From: Candidatus Amesbacteria bacterium GW2011_GWC2_45_19
GTDB lineage: Bacteria; Patescibacteriota; Microgenomatia; CAZETR01; Amesbacteraceae
NCBI GenBank assembly: GCA_001001555.1
Contig: LCKS01000004.1
Span: forward strand, 36,130-100,129
Direction: 5' to 3'
Length of the DNA: 64,000 nt
The notes under the pieces are model-generated. The model worked only from the letters and a program-made list of their open reading frames with translations. It was not told the origin of the DNA and did no database searches. Below are positions 57,025 through 64,000 of the stretch, one piece after another. Position numbers and translations under genes: made by a program. Positions within the stretch are counted from its first letter, which is position 1; the number at the start of each line of letters is the position of its first letter.

Positions 57025-57555
57025 ATGACTGCCCCGGGTAATATCAATTTGTTGCCTAAGTCTGGTTTCGAAGCTTCTTTTTGGGGGAAATTTTTGAAAT
57101 GGGGACTGAGCACCGGAAGATACCTGGTAATTTTGACGGAGTTGGTCGTAATCGCCGCGTTTTTATCCAGATTTAAATTGGATCAGGATTACGCAGACCT
57201 AGGAGACAAAATTAACGGCAAAAAAGCGGTGCTGACAGCCATGGCCGAAACGGAAAAAAGATTTAGACTGGCTCAGGAAAGATTGGAAGCGGCCGGAAAA
57301 ATCATCGGGGGGCAGTTAGAGGCAGCAAACGAAATTGAAGAAGTGACTGCCAAAGTTCCTGTGGGAGTAGTTTTAACTGATTTGGCAGTGTCTAATAAAG
57401 TAATATCGGTAACGGGAAGCGCTGATAAAACGGATGAAATTGGAGTCTTTTTATCCCGTTTGGCAGGAGGCGGCGGTTGGAAAAGCGTGCGGGTGACCAG
57501 CTTGTCTGCTGACGGGCAGACGGGAATTAAATATTCAATTAATATTTCGCTCTAA
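57025..57555 (+). CDS. pilN: type IV pilus assembly protein PilN-like
   Basis: N-terminal INLLP motif followed by a TM and coiled coil. Confidence 0.55.
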   Translation: MTAPGNINLLPKSGFEASFWGKFLKWGLSTGRYLVILTELVVIAAFLSRFKLDQDYADLGDKINGKKAVLTAMAETEKRFRLAQERLEAAGKIIGGQLEAANEIEEVTAKVPVGVVLTDLAVSNKVISVTGSADKTDEIGVFLSRLAGGGGWKSVRVTSLSADGQTGIKYSINISL

Positions 57556-57557
57556 AT

Positions 57558-58124
57558 ATGGCTCAACTAAACTACAAAAGCAGTTTGGCTCAATACCGCA
57601 GATACTTGGCGGTAATTCGAGAACAGCCTATGTTTGCGGCTAGTTTGGGATTGGTGCTATCTTTAATGTTGGTAATAATTTTGGTATCGGCAGCCTTGAG
57701 GCCGACTTTAGTAGCTATCGCTTCCCTGCTGGGAGATATTAGGCAGCAAAGCGAAGTAGAGAAAAAATTGGATGAAAAAATTGCGGAAGTAACGGCAGCC
57801 CAAGCGGTGTACCTGAAGAATGAATCCAGGCTGAAAGTGCTGGACGAAGCATTGCCAATCGGCCGGAAATACGCGGCCTGGGCAATAAGATTGGAAGACG
57901 TCGCTTCCGAGAGTGGAGTGAAAGTGGCAGAATGGTCGCTCCTTGAAGGGAAAAATTTTAGTGTCTCCCTGGTCGGAGACGTCCCGGAGTTAAAACGGTT
58001 TTTGGCTGCTTTGGAAAACTTGCGAAGATTAGTGGAAATTGAGAGCGTGCAGCTGGCTAAAGAAAAAGAATTGACGTTAATTATGAAGGGAGTTCTGAAA
58101 TCATATGAGGAAAAACAAGATTGA
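57558..58124 (+). CDS. pilO: type IV pilus assembly protein PilO-like
   Basis: TM plus coiled coil plus C-terminal domain; immediately follows pilN. Confidence 0.45.
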   Translation: MAQLNYKSSLAQYRRYLAVIREQPMFAASLGLVLSLMLVIILVSAALRPTLVAIASLLGDIRQQSEVEKKLDEKIAEVTAAQAVYLKNESRLKVLDEALPIGRKYAAWAIRLEDVASESGVKVAEWSLLEGKNFSVSLVGDVPELKRFLAALENLRRLVEIESVQLAKEKELTLIMKGVLKSYEEKQD

Positions 58125-58305
58125 CCGTGATATTGTGATGGTACTAGTTATGACTTTGATTACGCTGACCGCGTGGGTGGGATTTGAAGTTTACCGGGCT
58201 TATACCCGAGTAAATATTTCTCCTGTCCCAGATAAGCAACTGCTAAAGTTATCTCCCACGCTGGACATCCCCGTGCTGGAAAAATTAGAAAGCAGGACCC
58301 CGTGA
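58105..58305 (+). CDS. small single-TM protein
   Basis: 66 aa, TM MVLVMTLITLTAWVGF. Confidence 0.35.
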   Translation: MRKNKIDRDIVMVLVMTLITLTAWVGFEVYRAYTRVNISPVPDKQLLKLSPTLDIPVLEKLESRTP

Positions 58306-59561
58306 GAAAAAGAGAGCTGACCATTCCTACAATCTTGGGGGTTCTGGCCATAATTGGGGGACTGGTAGGGGGGATGGTGTTATTGAACAAACCGTTACGG
58401 AATTTGGTGGGAGCTAGTCCGGAGGAAACTCCGAAAGAAGTCAAAATTACTAATATTTCCGACACAAATTTTGTAGTCAGCTGGGTGACAGACAAATCTA
58501 CTTCCGGTTATATCCAATATAATGGAGAATTGGTGGTATCCGACGACCGGGATCAGGAAAGGGGCGAAATTGGCAACTATTTTACCCATTTGGTAACGGT
58601 CAGGGGGCTGAAACCGGCTACCAAGTATAGCTTTAAAATCGGGTCCGGGGGAGATTTATACGAGGTGACGACAGCCATGACGGCGGGACAACCTCCGGCA
58701 GCAGACGTGGCATATGGACAAGTGGTGACGGCCAGCGGCGATCCGGTAGAAGGAGCTATTGTGTATTTATTGATGCCGGGAGCGGTGACCCAAGCCGCCA
58801 TGACCAAGCCCTCTGGATCGTGGGTTATTCCCGTATCTGCCGCCCGCAGCGCAGATTTAACCAGCTTCGCAGCTTACGACCGGGAAAAAGAACGGGTAGA
58901 AATTGTGGTCCAGGTGGGAATGTTGGGAACGGCGACAATAAATACGACGGCTGGAGCGACTAAACCAGTGGCAGAGATTGCTTTAGGAAAATCCAGGAAT
59001 GAGCCAGAGCCAACTACCGGATCAAAATTTCCGGCTATGGACGTGGAGAAAGAATTGGTAATTTTGACGCCCAAGTCGGGAGAGAGAGTAAATTCCCCAA
59101 AGCCGGAAATTATGGGCAGAGCTCCGGCAGGAAGCCAAGTTACCATTAAAGTGGAATCGTCCAAATTATTTACCGAGACTTTAACCGCCAGTGAAAACGG
59201 GGAATGGACGTATAGTGTTCCTGAAAACTTGGAACCCGGAGAGCATACGGTGACGGTGACGTCGATCATTGACAGTGTAACTAAAACGATCAAGAAGAAT
59301 TTTGTGGTGGAAGCGGCGGGCGTTTCTAACGCGCCAGCCAGAGTGGCTACTCCGTCTGCAACCCTAAAACCGACTCCTACGCCAACGCCGACTCCAACAC
59401 CTACTCCGACGCCAACGCCTACAATTGCTCCCAGAGTCGCTTATCCGTCCACGGAATCCGGCATTCCCGTATCTGGAAATTTGATTCCGACTTTAATTTT
59501 ACTCATACTGGGAACAGGATTAATTGTAGCCGGATATACTGGCTACAATTACAAATTCTGA
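58302..59561 (+). CDS. cell-surface protein: signal-anchor, FN3-like domain, Ig-like region, (PT)n linker, C-terminal TM anchor
   Basis: ITNISDTNFVVSWVTDKSTSGYIQYNGE FN3-like; [16 protein letters not shown]; C-terminal LIPTLILLILGTGLIVAGY. Confidence 0.5.
   Translation: MRKRELTIPTILGVLAIIGGLVGGMVLLNKPLRNLVGASPEETPKEVKITNISDTNFVVSWVTDKSTSGYIQYNGELVVSDDRDQERGEIGNYFTHLVTVRGLKPATKYSFKIGSGGDLYEVTTAMTAGQPPAADVAYGQVVTASGDPVEGAIVYLLMPGAVTQAAMTKPSGSWVIPVSAARSADLTSFAAYDREKERVEIVVQVGMLGTATINTTAGATKPVAEIALGKSRNEPEPTTGSKFPAMDVEKELVILTPKSGERVNSPKPEIMGRAPAGSQVTIKVESSKLFTETLTASENGEWTYSVPENLEPGEHTVTVTSIIDSVTKTIKKNFVVEAAGVSNAPARVATPSATLKPTPTPTPTPTPTPTPTPTIAPRVAYPSTESGIPVSGNLIPTLILLILGTGLIVAGYTGYNYKF
59377..59427 (+). 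repeat. tandem PT-encoding dinucleotide-codon repeats within surface protein gene
   Basis: ccgactcctacgccaacgccgactccaacacctactccgacgccaacgcct. Confidence 0.6.
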
Positions 59562-59675
59562 TTTCTAATTTCTAAATCCTAAATAAATTTCAATGTCAAA
59601 ATCTAAAAAGTTTAAACAATTGGAATTTAGATATTATTTAGAGTTTAGATATTAGAATTTAGAGTTTTTTAAAGT

Positions 59676-60614
59676 ATGGATTCTGTCCAAGACCTAAAAA
59701 TAATTATGCCGGGTACGGAGGAGACAACTCCCGTACCGCCTCCGCCCCCACCCACTCCGGTGATTGAACCCCCGACAACTTCAACGCCGGCTCCGGCCAG
59801 TGACAGCGCGCAAGTTATAAAGCCCCGGAAAAAATGGGGTACGGGAGTGCTAATTGGCAGCGCGACCGCATTGATGGTCTTAGTCGTGGGGCTGGGTTTT
59901 GGTATATGGCAAGTCAAGCAAAATCAAAAAATAAAACCGTCGCTAGCAGCTAATTGTCGTTGTATAACTCCAGGAAGTTCTTGTTATGGAGACAGAATTC
60001 CTAATGGTAGTTGTCCACTCGACGCAAATGGCCAAGGTCAGGCTTGTTGTGACAAGGTGGGTGATGACGAAGACGAGAACGGCGATGATAGTGCTAGGCA
60101 CTATATTACATTTACGTGCGATAGGTGTGCCAGCGATAGAAGGTGTCAAACACCTGATATAGGAACTAATCCGCGCTATTCGACGGGGGCGGCTCCCGGA
60201 GCGTGCGCTCAAGTAGATAGTTGTGAGTCACCCGGAAATAGTAATTGTAGAGTAGTATCGTTGTGTGCAGAATCGTGCAGTGGCCCCACCCCAACGCCAA
60301 GGCCAACACCTACTCCCGCCCCAACGCCACCTCCAACGAGTTCGATGTGTCAGAGGATAGATATTTTGAGAAATGGGGTAGTGATTGCTCAAAATCAAAT
60401 TCAAGTTGGAGACCAAGTTGTATTTAGAGGTTTTGCCAGCGCGGTAAATACGACGGTGACGGCTATTAATTTTGCTGTTTCTCAAAACGGAGTCGTTACT
60501 AGTTATGCAGGAACTGGTTTACAGTTGGTGGGTGGGTTATGGCAAGCAGACTCCCCGACTATTACTATAGTTGCCGCTAGTTATTCGGTGACGGCGACAC
60601 CAATATATCCATGA
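59676..60614 (+). CDS. Cys-rich secreted/membrane-anchored protein with Pro/Thr linkers
   Basis: N-terminal Pro-rich region plus TM, at least 16 Cys in the central region, [17 protein letters not shown] linker. Confidence 0.5.
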   Translation: MDSVQDLKIIMPGTEETTPVPPPPPPTPVIEPPTTSTPAPASDSAQVIKPRKKWGTGVLIGSATALMVLVVGLGFGIWQVKQNQKIKPSLAANCRCITPGSSCYGDRIPNGSCPLDANGQGQACCDKVGDDEDENGDDSARHYITFTCDRCASDRRCQTPDIGTNPRYSTGAAPGACAQVDSCESPGNSNCRVVSLCAESCSGPTPTPRPTPTPAPTPPPTSSMCQRIDILRNGVVIAQNQIQVGDQVVFRGFASAVNTTVTAINFAVSQNGVVTSYAGTGLQLVGGLWQADSPTITIVAASYSVTATPIYP

Positions 60615-61201
60615 ATTTAGATACGCAGCCAAAAATAAATGTCATTGGGCCGAAAAAGGGGTTGGATTGGCCCAGATTTCCAAAAATAAGTCCAACTTGG
60701 GTGGTGGCGGCAACAGTGGTGTTGGCAATAATATCGGTGATTTCGGCGGTGCTTTTGTATCAAAGAAGGCAGGAGTCGGTGGCGCCGACAGCAGGAATTC
60801 CTAGCCAGGCGGCAGTGGGTACATCTTGTACAATTGCATTTAATGTAACTGCTTCTCCCACTCCGACGCCATCTCCATCGTCTACACCCACACCGTCACC
60901 CACGCCAACGGGAACCCCGGATCCCACCCCAACCCCCACCACTACACCAACCCCCACACCTACTCCATCGCCATCCCCATTCCCCACCCCGACGCCAACG
61001 GGCACTCCACAACCTACTCCCACCCCGACGCCAATTGTGAGCGGGCCGACGCCTACCTCAACGCCGGTGACTATTGTGAGCGGGCCGACGCCCACTCCGG
61101 TAGAATTGGCAAAGGCGGGCGATGTAACCGGAACCTGGACCATCTCAATTGCCGGTATACTGCTTTTGGGCTTGGGAAGCTTACTAATGTTAGCGTTTTG
61201 A
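60611..61201 (+). CDS. PT-rich surface protein with N- and C-terminal TM anchors
   Basis: About 80 aa of PT/PS repeats; tandem 40-bp repeat IVSGPTPT; C-terminus [31 protein letters not shown]. Confidence 0.5.
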   Translation: MNLDTQPKINVIGPKKGLDWPRFPKISPTWVVAATVVLAIISVISAVLLYQRRQESVAPTAGIPSQAAVGTSCTIAFNVTASPTPTPSPSSTPTPSPTPTGTPDPTPTPTTTPTPTPTPSPSPFPTPTPTGTPQPTPTPTPIVSGPTPTSTPVTIVSGPTPTPVELAKAGDVTGTWTISIAGILLLGLGSLLMLAF

Positions 61202-61269
61202 TCTGGAGTTATGGTGGTATTATGTTAATCCGCTTTTCCCGCGGCCGCTGAAGAATGGGATTAAAAAAT

Positions 61270-62469
61270 CTATTTCCAGGAGGGGAACCAGAAGTACGAA
61301 TTGGCCAGAGATTTGGGAATGTGAATGCCTGTCCAGTGAGAATAGAAATATACAAAAACCACAAATCCCAGGCCACAAATCCCAAGCGTGATAAATTTGT
61401 TATTTAACTTTTGCAAAGTGTAAGCCAAAGCGATATATAAAAAGGGGATCGAAGGCAAGTAGTGATAAAGAAACATAATGCGGGGGGCCCGGGCCCAAGG
61501 AAGCCAGAAGACCAGAAAACCACAAATCCCAAGCCACAAGCGCCAAGAGCGGGTTTTAAAAGCTGAATAAAGAGTGTAGAGAATTGCCGGAATGCCCAGC
61601 CACCATAAAATGGGATTGCCCATGGCATAAATATTGGCAATTTTATCGCCGGCATAATCCACAAAATACCACACCGGCCGCAGCATGAAAGGCCAAGTCC
61701 ACCAATCTGACTGGTAGGTATGAGTGGCCTTAAGAGTAGTGTTGTACCACCACATCTGATTCTGCAACTCCAGGAAATTTTTCCAGGTGCCGCCTAAAAC
61801 AAAGTACTGGGAATACGACAGCACATATAGAACAGCGGGGATGAAAACCAGAGAAATAAATATAGAGGGCCAGTTTTTAATCTTTTTGAGATTTTGCAGT
61901 CCGATCCAGCCGCCGAATAAGACGATGGCGTAGAGACCTGTCCATTTGGTTGCAATTAACAGTCCAAGAATAAACCCTAGTCTAAGCAGAGATAATTTAC
62001 TAGTTTTGAGCTGATACTTAATAAATGCCCAGAAAGAGAAAAGAATAAAAAAAGTAGCCACAATGTCGTTCATGTTGATGCGGGATTGGACGAGGAGAAG
62101 ACCATCGAGGCTGGCAAAGCCGGCAGCCAAAAGAGCCCAGCGCTTAGTGCCTAATAAATCTTTGGCAATTAGGTAAGTCAGATAAATTGCACCGGTGCCG
62201 ATTAGGACGTTGGCGATGCGCCATCCAAATGAATTGGGGCCGAAAACCAGAATGCCGGTGGCGTCAATTAGTTTGGCTAGGGGCGGATGTGTCCAGCCGT
62301 AGGCGGTCCCGGGGGGAGTAGTGTGGAACCATTCATAGGCGTCTTTGTTACCTTTGGCAATTTCCAGGGTGGTAAAAGCGTTGTAGACCTCGTCAAAATA
62401 AAAATTCGGAGGGTAAGAAAGGTTGAAAATGCGGGTAAGAAAAGCAAACGCTAAAATTAAGCCCAACAT
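61270..62469 (-). CDS. GT39/GT83-type (PMT/ArnT-like) integral membrane glycosyltransferase
   Basis: YFDEVY motif in the first loop, multiple TM segments; 399 aa. Confidence 0.6.
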   Translation of the reverse strand: MLGLILAFAFLTRIFNLSYPPNFYFDEVYNAFTTLEIAKGNKDAYEWFHTTPPGTAYGWTHPPLAKLIDATGILVFGPNSFGWRIANVLIGTGAIYLTYLIAKDLLGTKRWALLAAGFASLDGLLLVQSRINMNDIVATFFILFSFWAFIKYQLKTSKLSLLRLGFILGLLIATKWTGLYAIVLFGGWIGLQNLKKIKNWPSIFISLVFIPAVLYVLSYSQYFVLGGTWKNFLELQNQMWWYNTTLKATHTYQSDWWTWPFMLRPVWYFVDYAGDKIANIYAMGNPILWWLGIPAILYTLYSAFKTRSWRLWLGICGFLVFWLPWARAPRIMFLYHYLPSIPFLYIALAYTLQKLNNKFITLGICGLGFVVFVYFYSHWTGIHIPKSLANSYFWFPSWK

Positions 62470-62485
62470 ACGCTAAAATAATATC

Positions 62486-64000
62486 ATGCTGGGGCTAATA
62501 TTGGGAACGATGATAGGAACATGGGCCAGTTTTTTAGTGTCTCTGGTGACAAAACAGGTTGAAGTGTGGCCATTTGTTGTTGTGATGTTAATTTTTGTGA
62601 CAAGAATTTCACTGCGAATAAAAGAGACTAAGGTTTTTTGGATAACGACGGTGGGATGGGGAATATTTTTGGTAAAACTTTTTTCGCAGATGATGGTGGT
62701 GAGACCGGATGGAATTTGGGCCGGGGGGAGTAATGTGTGGGGAGATTGGGCGGGACACGTGGGATACATTGCCAACTGGCTATATGGCAGTAATTTTCCA
62801 CCGCAAAATCCCTGGTACGCCGGCATCCGCTTGTCGTATCCGTTCTTATTCGATTTTACCAGTGCAATATTAGCCAAAATGGGACTGTCCATTCCCTGGT
62901 CGATGGAGTTACCTGGGATCGTTTTTGGGTTAACGATTGTAATTCTGTTGTTTAAACTGGCTGAAAAGATTTCGGGGAAGGCGGCGGTGGGGGCAATAGC
63001 GGTAGCAATTTTTATGCTCTCGGGAGGATTGGGATTTGTGTATCTAAAAGACGGAGCAAAAGAGGCCACGCACTATTATGAAAAGAATATCCAGTGGGTA
63101 AATTTTGTGATTTCGGAAATGGTGCCGCAAAGGGGAATATTAATAGGCATTGCGGCGGCACTGCTGATATTTAATTTATGGTGGGATGGCTATGAGAAGA
63201 ATGATAGCAAAAAGTTTTTACTGTCTGGAGTGATTGCCGGGCTGGTCCCCTTTTTTCACGCGCATACTTTTTTGGTTCTGGCCGCGGTTTCAGGATTTTT
63301 GTTTTTAATAAAACCCAAAAAGGTATGGTGGTACTTTTTCATTCCGGCGGGGATATTGGTCCTCCCCCAGTTGGCTTATTTTGTGCCGCAAGTGGCCGGT
63401 TATAGTCCGGGATTTATGAGGTGGCAGCCGGGGTGGACGGCTTATGTGCAAAGCGACAATTGGTTTTGGTTTTGGATAAAAAACATAGGACCGGCGGCCA
63501 TCCTTATCCCGGTGGCGTGGGCCACAGCTTGGAAAAAAGACCGGAAATTATTTTGGCTGTATATGCCGTTTGTGATTATTTTTGCGGCGGCAAATTTATG
63601 GATATTCCAGCCATGGGAAAACGACAATTCCAAATTGCTGCGATTTTGGTATTTGGGATCGGCAATACTGATGGGGTGGTGGCTGGCGAGAATACCTAGG
63701 GTTTTGGCTGTAATTTTCTTGATAATGATAACTTTGGCGGGAGCGATAGACGCGGGTAGCTGGCTGAATTTTGAGAAAAACAAATTAATGATGTGGAACA
63801 ACTCTGATATGTCTCTAGCCGAGTGGACGAAAGACAATACGCCAAAAGATGCTATTTTTTTGACAACAGATGCGCATAACCATTGGGTGGTGGATTTAGC
63901 GGGAAGAAAAATTGTCATGGGATTTAAGGGATGGCTATGGAGCTGGGGTATAAACTATGGCGAGAGAGAAAAAGACGTAGAAAAAATGTGGAACACCGGC
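62486..64000 (+). CDS. polytopic membrane protein, probable GT-C-type glycosyltransferase (partial, runs off window end)
   Basis: Own translation from ATG 62486: MLGLILGTMIGTWASFLVSLVTKQVEVWPFVVVML...; open for more than 500 codons to the window end; W/F/Y-rich TM segments. It is not in the ORF track (no stop). The antisense ORF 62473..63069 is spurious. Confidence 0.5.
   Translation, partial: MLGLILGTMIGTWASFLVSLVTKQVEVWPFVVVMLIFVTRISLRIKETKVFWITTVGWGIFLVKLFSQMMVVRPDGIWAGGSNVWGDWAGHVGYIANWLYGSNFPPQNPWYAGIRLSYPFLFDFTSAILAKMGLSIPWSMELPGIVFGLTIVILLFKLAEKISGKAAVGAIAVAIFMLSGGLGFVYLKDGAKEATHYYEKNIQWVNFVISEMVPQRGILIGIAAALLIFNLWWDGYEKNDSKKFLLSGVIAGLVPFFHAHTFLVLAAVSGFLFLIKPKKVWWYFFIPAGILVLPQLAYFVPQVAGYSPGFMRWQPGWTAYVQSDNWFWFWIKNIGPAAILIPVAWATAWKKDRKLFWLYMPFVIIFAAANLWIFQPWENDNSKLLRFWYLGSAILMGWWLARIPRVLAVIFLIMITLAGAIDAGSWLNFEKNKLMMWNNSDMSLAEWTKDNTPKDAIFLTTDAHNHWVVDLAGRKIVMGFKGWLWSWGINYGEREKDVEKMWNTG

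Noticed and set aside
59377-61112. Tandem repeats considered as possible CRISPR or VNTR
   Set aside because: The repeats are in frame inside surface-protein ORFs (PT linkers, duplicated IVSGPTPT unit); there are no spacer-repeat architecture and no cas genes.
62473-63918. Minus ORFs 62473..63069 and 63442..63918
   Set aside because: Antisense to a >1.5-kb uninterrupted plus-strand membrane-protein ORF; S/P/T-rich artefactual composition.
1-64000. tRNA, rRNA, tmRNA, RNase P or CRISPR loci
   Set aside because: Scanned intergenic spaces (all under 300 bp) for T-loop GGTTCGAATCC-like and cloverleaf signatures and for repeat-spacer arrays; none found.

Overview
This 64-kb window looks like a compact bacterial genome fragment. 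GC is about 50% by eye, the genetic code is standard, and many genes have 1-20 nt start/stop overlaps. Several traits point to Candidate Phyla Radiation / Patescibacteria: trimmed ribosomal proteins with no L30, short IF2, AlaRS and Adk, PT-rich surface proteins, type IV pilus genes, and near-leaderless promoters. Core genes, in order: rpoB (partial, at the left edge), mltG, ruvX, sortase, alaS, rodZ-like, ftsK, rnj, UDG, a Lon-like AAA+ protein, pnp-rpsO-infB-nusA, dnaJ, fusA-tuf, a long ribosomal-protein operon (rpsJ through rpsK, including secY-adk-map-infA-rpmJ), hrcA-grpE-dnaK with a CIRCE operator, lepA, murJ, rpsT, pilN/pilO, and GT39-like glycosyltransferases. Accessory content: five toxin-antitoxin modules (Phd-RelE, VapBC, AbrB/Phd-Doc, RHH-PIN, and a DUF433-DUF5615 pair sitting inside the ribosomal-protein operon); a DUF559 nuclease plus primase-polymerase-like cassette bounded by inverted palindromic repeats; a two-gene island of unknown function; DUF3800; and DUF3105. 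Two things stand out most. First, four separate inserted cassettes are each flanked by a diverged duplicate of the 3' end of the neighbouring host gene (doc, lon, dnaJ, dnaK). Second, there is a family of nested palindromic elements with at least five copies; two of them sit in frame inside infB and grpE, and three overlap gene ends where their palindrome supplies stop codons, readable on both strands. Coordinates I derived by hand may be off by 1-2 nt.
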